The notes below the pieces were generated by a model. That model was not told where the DNA came from. It worked only from the letters and a program-made list of their open reading frames with translations, and searched no databases. The position numbers and the translations under genes are program-made. From Deltaproteobacteria bacterium TL4 (GTDB lineage Bacteria; SAR324; NAC60-12): 38,179 nucleotides of DNA. Positions 19,490 through 31,257 of this stretch are shown one piece after another; the stretch's first letter is position 1, and every line of letters begins with the position of its first letter. The stretch is from positions 1-38,179 of the forward strand of contig JBBCAX010000184.1 of assembly GCA_051382335.1 (NCBI GenBank). The letters are read 5' to 3'.

Positions 19490-19678
19490 TTAACCAGAGA
19501 TAATAAATTTCATCGCATTGGATAACCCAAGATCCGCAATCCCCAGGAAAATCGCAATAATCATGGATAAAGCAAGAACCACGGAGGTTGACCTCAGTGT
19601 TTCTTCACGACTCGGCCAATGAACTCGTTTGAATTCGGAACGAACATCTTCTAGAAATTGTTTAAAACGATTAAACAT
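19490..19678 (-). CDS. secE: Preprotein translocase subunit SecE
   Basis: EFKRVHWPSREE plus a single TM helix; between tRNA-Trp and nusG; start reassigned to ATG 19678. Confidence 0.95.
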   Translation of the reverse strand: MFNRFKQFLEDVRSEFKRVHWPSREETLRSTSVVLALSMIIAIFLGIADLGLSNAMKFIISG

Positions 19679-19790
19679 GCTGTTCTCTATCAATAAGTTG
19701 TAAAGACGTTTTCGGTCATTAATCATAGGAGACAGGTTATTCCGAATGCAAGCAAAACGAAACAACTAATCTGCGGACTTGAGCCTGACA

Positions 19791-19867
19791 TGGCAGGCCA
19801 GACAGGGCTCGAACCCGTAACACTCGGATTTGGAATCCGACGCTCTACCAATTGGAGCTACTGGCCT
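19791..19867 (-). tRNA. tRNA-Trp (CCA)
   Basis: AGGCCAGTAGCTCCAATTGGTAGAGCGTCGGATT-CCA-AATCCGAGTGTTACGGGTTCGAGCCCTGTCTGGCCTGCCA. Confidence 0.97.
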
Positions 19868-19959
19868 AAACCATGTTAACCGTTGAAATCTATCCCTAGA
19901 CGCCAACCGTAACCAGGTATCCTGAGTCATCCTTGACTCAGAGTTCAGGGAAGGATCCC

Positions 19960-20109
19960 TTATTTCGTTTCTTTATGCAGAGTATGTTGACGTTCCCATT
20001 TACAATATTTACGAATTTCCATACGATTCGGTTTTAGCCGTTTATTGCGGGAAGCAAAATAATTACGCCGTTTGCACTCTGTACATTCCAACAGTATAAA
20101 ATCTCTCAT
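19960..20109 (-). CDS. rpmG: 50S ribosomal protein L33 (not in ORF track)
   Basis: Manual translation MRDFILLECTECKRRNYFASRNKRLKPNRMEIRKYCKWERQHTLHKETK (49 aa). Confidence 0.97.
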   Translation of the reverse strand: MRDFILLECTECKRRNYFASRNKRLKPNRMEIRKYCKWERQHTLHKETK

Positions 20110-20138
20110 GTTACCAAGTATCTGCTAAAATAAAAAAC

Positions 20139-20213
20139 TGGAGCCTAGGAGCAGGATTGAACTGCCGACCTCTTCCTTACCAAGGAAACGCTCTACCACT
20201 GAGCTACCTAGGC
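20139..20213 (-). tRNA. tRNA-Thr (GGT)
   Basis: GCCTAGGTAGCTCAGTGGTAGAGCGTTTCCTT-GGT-AAGGAAGAGGTCGGCAGTTCAATCCTGCTCCTAGGCTCCA. Confidence 0.97.
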
Positions 20214-20226
20214 ACAGGCGGAATCG

Positions 20227-20311
20227 TGGTGGGGAGAGAAGGAGTCGAACCTTCGAAGGCATTGCCGTCAGATTTACAGTCTGATCCCTTTGACCACTTG
20301 GGAATCTCCCC
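20227..20311 (-). tRNA. tRNA-Tyr (GTA)
   Basis: GGGGAGATTCCCAAGTGGTCAAAGGGATCAGACT-GTA-AATCTGAC..GGTTCGACTCCTTCTCTCCCCACCA, long variable arm. Confidence 0.97.
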
Positions 20312-20333
20312 ATGCTAGTAGGCTATCTCCAAA

Positions 20334-20409
20334 TGGAGCTGGCAATGGGACTTGAACCCGCAACCTGCTGATTACAAATCAGCTGCTCTACCAATTGAGC
20401 TATACCAGC
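20334..20409 (-). tRNA. tRNA-Thr (TGT)
   Basis: GCTGGTATAGCTCAATTGGTAGAGCAGCTGATT-TGT-AATCAGCAGGTTGCGGGTTCAAGTCCCATTGCCAGCTCCA. Confidence 0.97.
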
Positions 20410-20429
20410 ACCTAAAAGTGAAAAGAGAA

Positions 20430-20458
20430 TAACTATTGATTTTCTGCTCATTTGTCAA
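20430..20458 (-). promoter_or_regulatory. Putative sigma70 promoter of the tRNA operon
   Basis: Perfect TTGACA (20453-20458) with an AT-rich upstream tract; the -10 at 17 bp spacing (TAGTTA) is weak. Confidence 0.5.
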
Positions 20459-20488
20459 TACAAAATTAAATAATTATGTTTTTAGGTA

Positions 20489-20776
20489 TTACGGATGGCA
20501 GATTAAGACATGATAACGTTTACGCAGACAAACTCGAAGGTAACGATACCCCTTTAATGCCTGGAATCGTATCAAAAGTGATCTTTTTCCCGGATATTCA
20601 AGGCTCAACAAACTTGCGGCAAGCAAAAGTACGCCTGGGCCTGGAACTCCTGGAATAACGAGCAAAAGCCCCAATATCAACAGACCCAGGCCGAAGATTT
20701 GCCTCAATACATAGGTTTTCATATTTTTAGGTCGTACACCCATGTGAATACGAATCAACGCCTTGTTTTTTCCCAT
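20489..20776 (-). CDS. Small membrane protein, PGPGW-like
   Basis: Hydrophobic GLGLLILGLLLVIPGVPGPGVLLL..LSLEY; true start may be ATG 20722. Confidence 0.6.
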   Translation of the reverse strand: MGKNKALIRIHMGVRPKNMKTYVLRQIFGLGLLILGLLLVIPGVPGPGVLLLAASLLSLEYPGKRSLLIRFQALKGYRYLRVCLRKRYHVLICHP

Positions 20777-20806
20777 TTTTTATCAATTGACCCATGGCCC
20801 ATTGCT

Positions 20807-22213
20807 TTAGAAGAACCCGACTTGCCTCAGAATATACGCCATTCCGTAGGACAGAATAAGACCAATCACACTAACCAGACTTCCGGTTTTTAATAAGTCT
20901 TTGTTACTCACCAAACCTGTCGCATAGGCCATCGCGTTGGGAGGTGTGCTGATGGGCAGAGCCATCGCAAAAGAGCAGGATAAGGTGACTAAGATCACGA
21001 GCATCTTTCCTCCGCCCAATGTGCTTAGTGACGATAAACTGGTTCCCAGCGCGGCCATTAAGGGCAGAAGTAAGTTTGCGGTGGCGGTGTGAGAAATCAA
21101 AGAAGACATGATTAAGGCCAAGATCGTCGCACTAATGACAATGATCGCAGGAGAAAAGGTATCAAAGGGAATGCTTGCAATCATGTGTTTGCTCAGACCT
21201 GTATTTTCCAACCCCAAACCTAAGGCAATTCCACCGGCGATCAGCCACAAAACGTCCCAACTCACTTTCTTTAAATCTTCTTTGTTGATTATTTTTGTTA
21301 CCACAAAAATGACAACAGGAATCATGGCGACAACGTAAGAGTTCATCCCATGAAGGTTTTCTGTGAGCCACAAAACCAGCGTAATTCCAAAAGTGATATA
21401 CACGATTATGGCTTTGAGGCTTTTGTCAAATTTGGCTTTAATCATCAGTTCAATATGCTGTTCACGGGGGGGGCTGAACAAAACCAGAAGCTGCCAGGTC
21501 AGCAGAAGCATGATTAAGGCAAAAGGAACGCCAAAAGCCATCCAGTCGCTAAAACTCACGGCATTGGCACCTGTGAGGTACTTCATGGCGACGGCATTCG
21601 GAGGAGTTCCGATCGGAGTGCCAATGCCACCGATGTTTGCGGCAAAAGGAATACTTAAAACGAAGGCAATGCGCCCAGGGTCATCGTCTTTAAAAAGCTT
21701 TAAGACAGGGGTTAAGATGGCAAGCATTAAGGCCGTGGTTGCCGTGTTACTCATAAACATGGAAAACACCGCTGTAATGAGCATCAAGCCCAGCATCACA
21801 AACTTGGGATTGGTGCCAAAGGGTTTTAAACAGACACTGGCCAGGTTCACATCCAAGCGATACTTTGTTGCCGCCATCGCAAGAAAAAATCCACCCAAAA
21901 AAAGCATGATGATGGGAGAAGAAAAAGTTTGCAGCAGCGTTTGATAATCAATCAGCGTACCAAAATTTACTACATTTTCACTGGAACGAAACCAAATCGG
22001 TCCTTTGTTTGAAATTAACAGCAGTTGAGCTCCCACGACCAAGACGGATGTCGCAAAATTGGGAATCGGCTCTAAAACCCAAAACATCACCGCCATCACG
22101 AAGATCGCAAGCATCCGATGCTCCACCAGGCTCATGTCAACAATGGGGATCCATGTTTGAGGTAAGAACAGTATAACCAGAGGGATGATGATTGAAATTA
22201 ATAATTTTTTCAT
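20807..22213 (-). CDS. SLC13/DASS family sodium:anion symporter
   Basis: SMFMSNTAT, ANIGGIGTPIGTPPN, ALPISTPPNA motifs; many TM helices. Confidence 0.93.
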   Translation of the reverse strand: MKKLLISIIIPLVILFLPQTWIPIVDMSLVEHRMLAIFVMAVMFWVLEPIPNFATSVLVVGAQLLLISNKGPIWFRSSENVVNFGTLIDYQTLLQTFSSPIIMLFLGGFFLAMAATKYRLDVNLASVCLKPFGTNPKFVMLGLMLITAVFSMFMSNTATTALMLAILTPVLKLFKDDDPGRIAFVLSIPFAANIGGIGTPIGTPPNAVAMKYLTGANAVSFSDWMAFGVPFALIMLLLTWQLLVLFSPPREQHIELMIKAKFDKSLKAIIVYITFGITLVLWLTENLHGMNSYVVAMIPVVIFVVTKIINKEDLKKVSWDVLWLIAGGIALGLGLENTGLSKHMIASIPFDTFSPAIIVISATILALIMSSLISHTATANLLLPLMAALGTSLSSLSTLGGGKMLVILVTLSCSFAMALPISTPPNAMAYATGLVSNKDLLKTGSLVSVIGLILSYGMAYILRQVGFF

Positions 22214-22417
22214 AGTATCCTTTTGTTGATATGCTATAAGTTGTTTTTAATGAGAACACCACATCGCTATTAAGGGTCCTGTTTTGTTAACTAGCAGAGT
22301 TAGCGGGAATTGGAAATCATTTATTAAGACTTTTCCAATTATTTGGATGAAGGGTAAAAACAGTACGGATGCTAAGGCCTCCATGGTGTTTAAAGAGTTG
22401 CTATTATTTTAGGAAAG

Positions 22418-24598
22418 ATGCCTCAGCTTAGACTTTTTTATTTTTTGAAAAGAATTGGTGTTTTTTGGGGGCTTGTGGGAAGTCTGATTATTGGTTGTGA
22501 TTTTTCACATTCCGCTAAACAGCAAACGACAAATTCAGCCTTACAGACACCTGTTATTTCTGGCTCTGCCTATAAGGATTTTTCCACCAAATCGATCGCT
22601 CTGTCCTGGACTGGAGATTTTGTCGATTCAGCAGGCAACCTTCATCAAATCACTGCCACTCAGTGGCAAACTCATTTTTCCGAAGGAAATCAATGGTATG
22701 TTGACGCTTCAATCATTTTGAGTTTTGAGGAGGAACAGACCGCATTGATTACCCAAAATAGTGATCCGTGGCAAAAGTATAACAGGGTCGAGCTGACCGT
22801 TCGTGGAAATACCCTATTTTATTGTTTGAGTGTTGAGGACCAGGAAACACCGCCGTTTTCTTTAGAATTTTCGATTCCTGTCGATGCCCGCAATCCTGCT
22901 GTTTCGGGTTGTGGCAATGAGAATCGACCGTGGATAGCCTTACGCCCTGTCTCACTGGAAATCAAAGGGAACTATCTTGGCACCAGTCAAACACCACACT
23001 CCATCACGCACCTCCTATGGCAGCAGGGTCGTTTAAAATATCACTTGCTCCGTTTCAATAACGCGCAAAACTATGCGATTGCCCAGAATGCTGTGGAAAA
23101 TTCTGTATTTCCCGGAAAATTCAGTCGTTTTGACTGGATGTATTTTGAGGCGCAGTTGTATGTCTGCCACACGATTCAAAATGCCGATACGCTCCTTCAG
23201 GCGGACGACTATCAAAAAGCGGAATCTTCAGACCCCAAAGCCCATGGCTGTCAAGGTCAGGCTTGGGAACGCTTAAACGAATATACCGCTTTCGTTGGTA
23301 ATTACATGGATGCGGCAGGGACACTTTATGCCTTGACCGCAACGCAATGGAACTTTAGCGGATTTGTTTACACGGAAAAGAATGACGCTACCACCCCTCA
23401 AATTAATGAACAAACCGTCATCGCAATCAACCTGATACAATCCTACCTCATTACCCAAGACGCTGACGGTCGTGCTTTTCAGCGCTATGATTGGGCTGAT
23501 TTTCAAGGTGTCCGGTACTTATGTCAGAGGGGTGTGTCTCAAAAAACTCAAGCTATCGCGGAATCGTTATCTCCTCCTGAGCCAAGTGCACCGAACCAGT
23601 CAGGATGTGATGATCATGCCTGGATTTCGTTCTTTGCAATACCCCTCCCTGTTTTTGATCAGTATGTGGATGAGTTCGGATTGACTCACTCCATTTCCTC
23701 TTTGTCGTGGCAGATTGCCGCGCTTAGGTACCATCTGATTCAACTTAATACGAAGGAGCACTATGCTATTGCGTTCAATGATCTCAGTCATCCTGTTTAT
23801 CCAGGAAGCTTCAGTCGCTTAGATTGGACAACCTACGAAAGTCAAAAATACTTTTGTCATACCACGGCCAATGCCTTGAATACTAAAAAAATAGAAGAGG
23901 TTTTAGCGCCTGATACTTCAAATCCTGAATATCAGGGATGCGGAAATCAACCTTGGCGATTGCTAAAACCGCCTCTTTGGGCATTGGACTTTTCCTTGGA
24001 AGAGAAAGTGTTTGCCAATAGAGTTATCCGTTTTGCCCCAATTTCTGGGACACTCCCCAAAAATGCGCTCCAAAATCCCCAGGTTGTTTTGGGTTCTCTG
24101 GAAAATAAAACAAAGGGGGTTGCGTTAGGTTACGACAAAACGGCGAGCTTGACAACAGGTGGCAGTTTGACGGTTGGCATGGGAACCGAAAATCAGAATT
24201 ACTGCATTTCGGATGGTTTGGGCGATGATCTGATTGTTTATTCCCATTTTGAGGCGCCTGAAGCGGTTCCTGGAAAACAGGAGGTTGGTGAAGTCGCTTA
24301 TCTCGAGGTTTCTGAAGATGGAAAGCAATTTTATCGTTTTCCTTTTCAGTTATATCCCGCTATGGAGAAAGGAGAGAAAGGACACTATGAGGGACTGATA
24401 GGGATAGAGCCAGAGGGCGATTGGTTTGACCTAAGGCGAATAATCGAGGAATATGCTCTTTTAGACCAATTTCGAGCTTGTTCTATTCACCTCATTGATA
24501 CAGGAACTCAAATTGAAGATATCTCAACGGACGGGATGTATGGGGACAGTGTTCAAATCAAAGCAATTCAAGCCTTACACTTTGAAGAAATGAAATAA
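22418..24598 (+). CDS. Putative lipoprotein with four tandem Cys-pair repeats and a C-terminal beta-rich domain
   Basis: Lipobox-like LIIGC (Cys27); four ~105-120 aa repeats each ending YxC...P...GC...W. Confidence 0.75.
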   Translation: MPQLRLFYFLKRIGVFWGLVGSLIIGCDFSHSAKQQTTNSALQTPVISGSAYKDFSTKSIALSWTGDFVDSAGNLHQITATQWQTHFSEGNQWYVDASIILSFEEEQTALITQNSDPWQKYNRVELTVRGNTLFYCLSVEDQETPPFSLEFSIPVDARNPAVSGCGNENRPWIALRPVSLEIKGNYLGTSQTPHSITHLLWQQGRLKYHLLRFNNAQNYAIAQNAVENSVFPGKFSRFDWMYFEAQLYVCHTIQNADTLLQADDYQKAESSDPKAHGCQGQAWERLNEYTAFVGNYMDAAGTLYALTATQWNFSGFVYTEKNDATTPQINEQTVIAINLIQSYLITQDADGRAFQRYDWADFQGVRYLCQRGVSQKTQAIAESLSPPEPSAPNQSGCDDHAWISFFAIPLPVFDQYVDEFGLTHSISSLSWQIAALRYHLIQLNTKEHYAIAFNDLSHPVYPGSFSRLDWTTYESQKYFCHTTANALNTKKIEEVLAPDTSNPEYQGCGNQPWRLLKPPLWALDFSLEEKVFANRVIRFAPISGTLPKNALQNPQVVLGSLENKTKGVALGYDKTASLTTGGSLTVGMGTENQNYCISDGLGDDLIVYSHFEAPEAVPGKQEVGEVAYLEVSEDGKQFYRFPFQLYPAMEKGEKGHYEGLIGIEPEGDWFDLRRIIEEYALLDQFRACSIHLIDTGTQIEDISTDGMYGDSVQIKAIQALHFEEMK

Positions 24599-24619
24599 AC
24601 CGATTTTAGGATATCTGTC

Positions 24620-25525
24620 ATGAAACGAGAATTATTTGAAAACCGAAAAGGAGAAAATTTTTCTTTTCTGGTTCACGCTTCGTCCAATAAAAAAGTACCA
24701 ACGCTGCACTTTGCTCATGCCACGGGGATGAACGCAAATACCTACACTGAGTTGCTTCAGCGACTCAGTTCCTTCTGTTCTGTCTATGCGCTGGACTTTA
24801 GAGGACATGGCTTGACTACCGCAAGAGCCGTTCCTGAAAAACTCATCTCCTGGGACCAGTATTGTGATGATCTGATCCCTTTTTTAGAACAATTAGAGAC
24901 TCCAGTTTATTTAGCAGGTCATTCGATGGGGGGCACGATCAGTATGGTGACTGCAGCCTTAAGGCCTGATCTGGTTAAGGGGCTGATCCTTATAGAACCT
25001 GTGCTTCCAAGTCGTCTTAGCTCCTTCATCTTAACGTTTTATCACAAGCTGGGATTGATGAAACGTTCTCCGATCGCGTACATCGCGAAATCCGCGGAAA
25101 AACGGCGACCGATTTTTCCTTCAAGGGAAGCTGCCATTGACAACTACCTGGGCAAGGGGGCTTTTAAGACATGGGATCGTCAGTGGATTGAACACTATGT
25201 CAACGGGGGAACCCGGAAAAAGGAAGATGGCAAGGTTGAGTTGACCTGTTCGCCAGCATGGGAGTGTCAAACTTTTTTATCAGGTTTCCTGAATTTATGG
25301 GAGTATATTCCAAAAATTAAATGCCCCATTCTTGCCTTATATGGAAACCAAAACTCAACTTTTGAAGTCCGTGATCGGAAGATTTTTAGACAACTGCATG
25401 ATTCCGCAAAAATGGTGTTGTTTGAAGAAGCGACGCATTTTTTACCCATGGAGTACACGAAAATGGTGACAACACACCTCGAAGACTTTATTATGGCTCA
25501 GGAAACCAGATATTTTAACCCCTGA
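24620..25525 (+). CDS. Alpha/beta fold hydrolase
   Basis: HATG, DFRGHG, nucleophile elbow GHSMGG, C-terminal THFLPME. Confidence 0.92.
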   Translation: MKRELFENRKGENFSFLVHASSNKKVPTLHFAHATGMNANTYTELLQRLSSFCSVYALDFRGHGLTTARAVPEKLISWDQYCDDLIPFLEQLETPVYLAGHSMGGTISMVTAALRPDLVKGLILIEPVLPSRLSSFILTFYHKLGLMKRSPIAYIAKSAEKRRPIFPSREAAIDNYLGKGAFKTWDRQWIEHYVNGGTRKKEDGKVELTCSPAWECQTFLSGFLNLWEYIPKIKCPILALYGNQNSTFEVRDRKIFRQLHDSAKMVLFEEATHFLPMEYTKMVTTHLEDFIMAQETRYFNP

Positions 25526-25823
25526 GAGGGGTGTTCCTTTGGAGAGCAGGGCAAACTTAAAGACAGTCCCTTGAAACAACAAGACAAGCTTGACGCGGGT
25601 TGAGCATGCATCATCTTCGTTAGATTCACATGGACAATAAAGATAGAATTCGTTATCTTATCTATGAGGAGGATCCTGCGGTTCGGGCAAGACTCCATTG
25701 GAACAGGTTATAATCTATTTAAAGAGGTTTTCTTCATCAGAACCTGAAAATTCGCCACGTTTTAGTGTCTATTTTTTTCAGGGAACGTTTAAATACATCA
25801 AACAGGAATAAGGAGAACAGCAG

Positions 25824-26258
25824 ATGGCCAAAAATGTTAGCGATTACATGACGAAAAAAGTAGTATCTATCCAACAAAACGTAGGAATCCGAGACGCCTT
25901 TTTTATCATGAAAAATAAATCTATCAGGCACTTACCCATCGTAGAAAATGGCAAATTGATTGGAATTATTAGTGACAGGGAACTAAGGAGACCTAATTGG
26001 GTTGATGAGTCCCAGGACATCACCCATGTTTACTACCTGGATAATACCATGACTGTGAGTGATATCATGGTGACTAAAGTTCATGTCCTCCACACTCAGG
26101 ATACCTTACACACAGCGGTGCGGTTATTACTAGACCGGCATATCGGGGCAGCACCTGTACTCGATGAGAACGAAAACCTGGTCGGAATATTGTCCATGGT
26201 TGATTTATTGCGAGCAATGGCAGAAATGATTGAGCTGCAGCCGGGAAAAAACAAATAA
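25824..26258 (+). CDS. CBS-pair domain protein (AcuB-like)
   Basis: VSDYMT..IRHLPIV..GIISDRE; VSDIMV..APVLD..VGILS..D. Confidence 0.93.
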   Translation: MAKNVSDYMTKKVVSIQQNVGIRDAFFIMKNKSIRHLPIVENGKLIGIISDRELRRPNWVDESQDITHVYYLDNTMTVSDIMVTKVHVLHTQDTLHTAVRLLLDRHIGAAPVLDENENLVGILSMVDLLRAMAEMIELQPGKNK

Positions 26259-26281
26259 AATGGTGAATTAAGCCTAATATT

Positions 26282-26314
26282 TGAGGTGTGCTCGAAACAA
26301 TGGAGCACACCTCA
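26282..26314. terminator. Hairpin between convergent CBS gene and gap
   Basis: TGAGGTGTGCTC-9 nt-GAGCACACCTCA perfect 12-bp stem. Confidence 0.7.
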
Positions 26315-26372
26315 TCTTCGTTCCAAACTTGAAAATAATCAAGTTCAGCACCTTACCCACTCAAGGGGATCC

Positions 26373-27422
<1,050 letters not shown>

Positions 27423-28121
27423 TCATACAAATTCTCTTCGATCTACCAACCCCTTTTCTGCTTCCTTAAGAAGAGCCTCAAGGTTCTGTTTATATTCTAC
27501 AGCGCTTGACGCTTTGCCGAAAACCGCATTCCCCGCGACAAAATTAATCGCGCCGGAAGCGACCACAGCTCTTACCGTATTCATATTTACCCCACCATCC
27601 ACTTGAATAGGAATTTCCAGTTGACGTTCATGGAGCCTTCGTTTTAAGTCAGCAATTTTTTGATAAATCGAAGGAATATATTTCTGCCCTCCCCAACCCG
27701 GGTTAACGGACATTAATAAAATCATATCCAGCTCATCATAAATATGATCCAAAATTTCCAGTGATGTTGCAGGATTAAGAGCAACAGCCGCTTTGACTCC
27801 TGCGCCTTTAATGCTTTGAAGTACGTAATGAAGATGATGAGTTGCTTCCGCATGCACTGAAATCCAATCTGCACCTGCTTCCACAAAAGCGTGAATATGC
27901 TTTTCAGGAGAGCTGATCATCAAGTGGGCATCAAATGCCACCTTTTGAGGTTTTTTGAGACACTTGATGACATTGGGACCAAACGTTATATTGGGGACAA
28001 AAACCCCATCCATCACATCGAGATGAATCCAGGAAGCACCTGCTTCGCAAACGCGATTGATTTCTTCTTGAAGTATGCCTAAATTGGCTGACAACACGGA
28101 AGGAGCGATTGTTAATTCCAT
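27423..28121 (-). CDS. rpe: Ribulose-phosphate 3-epimerase
   Basis: IAPSVL, HLDVMDGVFVPN, DAHLM, MSVNPG, VDGG. Confidence 0.98.
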   Translation of the reverse strand: MELTIAPSVLSANLGILQEEINRVCEAGASWIHLDVMDGVFVPNITFGPNVIKCLKKPQKVAFDAHLMISSPEKHIHAFVEAGADWISVHAEATHHLHYVLQSIKGAGVKAAVALNPATSLEILDHIYDELDMILLMSVNPGWGGQKYIPSIYQKIADLKRRLHERQLEIPIQVDGGVNMNTVRAVVASGAINFVAGNAVFGKASSAVEYKQNLEALLKEAEKGLVDRREFV

Positions 28122-28127
28122 AACTGC

Positions 28128-28802
28128 CTAGCTCCTCTCTCGTATAATTACTTCAGAACCTTTTCCCATGACCAAACGCGTTGCCAAGCCAATGAACAAG
28201 CCATTGACCATCACGCCTGGAATTTGATTAAGCTGAGACTCAAGTGCTTTCGCGTCTTCAAGGGGATTAAAACGAGCATCCAGAATGTAATTTCCATTAT
28301 CTGTGATGAAGGGAATCGTTCCCTGCTTCCTGAGAGTGACTTGAGCGCCTAACGATTCGATTTTGGCTTTAACCACTTGCCACCCAAAGGGAATGGCTTC
28401 CACAGGTAAAGCAAACCTGCCCAAACACTTCACCAATTTAGTGGAATCGATAATCGTAATGACTTGTCTCGAAGCAAAAGCAACCACTTTTTCTCGTAAT
28501 AAGGCACCACCACCGCCTTTGATCATGTTGAACTGCTCATCAATCTCATCAGCGCCATCAATCGTCAGATCTATAGACGTGGTCTGAGAAAAGTCGATCA
28601 TGGGAATTTGTTCCTCAACCGCCAACTCCCGCGTTGCTTCGGAGGTGGCAATCGCTCGAACTGAAAGCCCTGCTTTAACACGAGCCCCGAGGGCCTTAAC
28701 GGCATACGCCGCGGTTGAGCCTGTACCCAAACCTACAATCATCCCCTCTTGAACATACGCCACAGCCGCTTCAGCCGCTATTTTTTTTTCATTTTGTTCC
28801 AT
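28128..28802 (-). CDS. rpiA: Ribose-5-phosphate isomerase A
   Basis: [24 protein letters not shown]. Confidence 0.98.
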   Translation of the reverse strand: MEQNEKKIAAEAAVAYVQEGMIVGLGTGSTAAYAVKALGARVKAGLSVRAIATSEATRELAVEEQIPMIDFSQTTSIDLTIDGADEIDEQFNMIKGGGGALLREKVVAFASRQVITIIDSTKLVKCLGRFALPVEAIPFGWQVVKAKIESLGAQVTLRKQGTIPFITDNGNYILDARFNPLEDAKALESQLNQIPGVMVNGLFIGLATRLVMGKGSEVIIRERS

Positions 28803-30828
28803 TCGTTTCTAACCATGCTTTGATGTTGTCGGTTAAGGGTTCCGCGGTAAATCCAAATTTTTCAGCCAGCAGTTTCCCCGGAGCAGAAAGCCCAAAATCA
28901 TCCCGCCCTATCACATAATCGGCGAACTGATACCAGGGACCGCTAACACCGGCTTCCACCGCAATCACGACGGCAGACTTCGGAAGAAGTTGTCTTTGAT
29001 AGTCCTGAGGCTGAGCCAAAAATCGTTCGAGGCAAGGCATTGAAACATGACGTGTAGGAATCCCACTTTGTTGAAGCTTTTCCCGAACCGTTTGTAAAAC
29101 CCCATTTTCAGAGCCTGTGCCTAACAAGACGACTTTGGGCGCCGCGCCTTCAGCCTCAGCAACCAGATAGCCCCCTTTCCAAATTTCCTCTGGTTTGAAA
29201 TCCGCCGCCCGTTTCAACGTGGTAATGTTCTGACGGGTCAACAGCAGCGCCTGTGGTGTTTTTTTAGCCAGATCGGATAAACCATAAGCCCAGGCCGCAG
29301 CGGTTTCAATCGCATCCGCAGGTCTCCAAACATCGAGGTTTGGAATGATTCTGAGAGCCCAGGCCTGTTCGATGGGCTGATGAGTCGGACCATCTTCACC
29401 AACCCAGAAAGAATCATGAGTGAAGATAAAAATCGTAGGAATGTGAGATAATGCCGCCAAACGCAAAGTCGGACGCATATAGTCGGAAAACACGGCAAAA
29501 GTACTACAGTAGGAACGGAAACTACCAAAAAGATTCAACCCATTACAGATAGCCCCCATCGCGTGTTCCCGGATGCCGAAGTGAATATTCCTGCCCTTGA
29601 AGGAAGGATCCGGTTGCTGCGGGGAGGAGACCGACGCGGGAACAATACTGCTCTCGCCCTTGATCAAAGTCAAAGTGCTGGGTTCCAAATCCGCGGACCC
29701 GCCAATGAGCGAAGGCACCAACTTTGCCGCTGTTTGAAGCACCTGCCCTGATAACACCCGGGTTGCGTCCTCTTTTCCGGCAACAGCGGCAACCAACTCC
29801 TTCAGCAGATTTTCTGGCACAAGCCCATTCCAATGAGCATCCCATAACTTGGCTTTTTCAGGGGCCTCCTGACGCCATTTTTGATAAACATCGTGCCATG
29901 CCTTATAAAGCTTTAAGTTTTCCGCATTCCTTTCATTGAAAACGTCACGAACCTCTTGAGGAACGAAAAAGGCTCGTTCCGGATCCCACCCCGCTGCTTT
30001 TTTGGCGGCGGCAAGTTCGTCAACACCTAAAGGAGAACCATGAATTGAGGACGTTCCCGCTTTAGTCGGAGCCCCCTTACCAATGATCGTTTTGGCAATA
30101 ATCAAGGAAGGCTTCAGCGTCGTTTGATTCGCTCGAGTCAAACAGGCTGCTATTTCTTCGTGATTGTGTCCATCACAGTGCTGAACATGCCAGCCATAAG
30201 CTTCAAAACGTTTTCCGACGTCTTCACTCATGGAGAGCTTAAGTCCACCAGCGATGGTGATGTCATTACTGTCATAAATCAGCGTCAAATTACCTAACTT
30301 CAAATGTCCCGCAAAGGAAGCGGCTTCTGCGGAAACACCTTCCTGCAAATCACCATCGCCACATAAAGCGTAAATCGTCGCATCCACCAAAGATACGGAT
30401 TCGGTGTTAAAACGAGCACCCATCATTTTACCGGCAAGCGCCATTCCCACCGCATTGCCAATCCCCGTTCCCAAAGGTCCGGTCGTACACTCCACACCTG
30501 GGGTCATGCCATACTCAGGGTGTCCGGGCGTGATGCTGCCCCATTGTCGAAACTCCTTAAGCTCTTCAAGACCCAGCGCATAACCGGATAAGTGCAGCAA
30601 AGAATACAACAGCATCGAACCATGTCCTCCTGAGAGGACAAAGCGATCCCGATTTGGCCAAGCGGGGCCCTGTGGATTAAACCGCAAAAAACGGTTCCAA
30701 AGCACAAAGGCGATATCAGCGGTCCCCATCGGGGCACCAGGATGCCCGCTATTAGCTTTTTGAATGGCATCGGCGGCTAAGAACCGAATCGTATTAACAC
30801 ATTTTTCTCTTAACTCTGAGGTAATCAT
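28789..30828 (-). CDS. tkt: Transketolase
   Basis: [43 protein letters not shown]. Confidence 0.99.
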   Translation of the reverse strand: MITSELREKCVNTIRFLAADAIQKANSGHPGAPMGTADIAFVLWNRFLRFNPQGPAWPNRDRFVLSGGHGSMLLYSLLHLSGYALGLEELKEFRQWGSITPGHPEYGMTPGVECTTGPLGTGIGNAVGMALAGKMMGARFNTESVSLVDATIYALCGDGDLQEGVSAEAASFAGHLKLGNLTLIYDSNDITIAGGLKLSMSEDVGKRFEAYGWHVQHCDGHNHEEIAACLTRANQTTLKPSLIIAKTIIGKGAPTKAGTSSIHGSPLGVDELAAAKKAAGWDPERAFFVPQEVRDVFNERNAENLKLYKAWHDVYQKWRQEAPEKAKLWDAHWNGLVPENLLKELVAAVAGKEDATRVLSGQVLQTAAKLVPSLIGGSADLEPSTLTLIKGESSIVPASVSSPQQPDPSFKGRNIHFGIREHAMGAICNGLNLFGSFRSYCSTFAVFSDYMRPTLRLAALSHIPTIFIFTHDSFWVGEDGPTHQPIEQAWALRIIPNLDVWRPADAIETAAAWAYGLSDLAKKTPQALLLTRQNITTLKRAADFKPEEIWKGGYLVAEAEGAAPKVVLLGTGSENGVLQTVREKLQQSGIPTRHVSMPCLERFLAQPQDYQRQLLPKSAVVIAVEAGVSGPWYQFADYVIGRDDFGLSAPGKLLAEKFGFTAEPLTDNIKAWLETNGTK

Positions 30829-31257
30829 GGTGGTTGCTCTTTCTATGGATAAGACGGGCTCATGACAGGTGTCATGGAAGTCTTTGACGTCGACTCAATT
30901 CCCTGATTTTTTAAAATTCAAACTCTACCAATTACGATCTCCCAAACAGGGTTGCCTGGGACATCAAATTTTTAGTTTTTTCTGTCCAAACAACTTAAGT
31001 CTCTCTACCGTAATTTTCATTCTCACAGGAAAGTGAAGTTAACTATCCCAAACAGCCAAAAACACAAGTTTTTGTTATACGATCCTCAGCATTTCGATGT
31101 CTTCTCTTTACATAAAAGTTTTTTATGCCACTGACAATAGAAAAGTAATAACTCTTGGGAAAGACCCATATTTTCTGCTGTTAAAACATAGTGTGACGCG
31201 AATAAGGTTGCGGCGCGGGGAGGCCTGCCCCCCAAATTCAACAGGCACCAGAATCAT

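Noticed and set aside
19922..19941. Hairpin CTGAGTCA-TCCT-TGACTCAG as a repeat element
   Set aside because: Single copy in the window; likely an ordinary processing or pause stem between rpmG and tRNA-Trp.
20125..20313. 62-aa ORF
   Set aside because: It is a translation of the tRNA-Tyr and tRNA-Thr genes.
21363..21944. 193-aa plus-strand ORF, and similar shadows such as 11005-11490 and 16153-16509
   Set aside because: Antisense shadows of well-supported genes.
31190..31257. GC-rich patch after hpt as a small RNA
   Set aside because: Only a 5-bp stem (GCCTG/CAGGC) and no family signature recognised.
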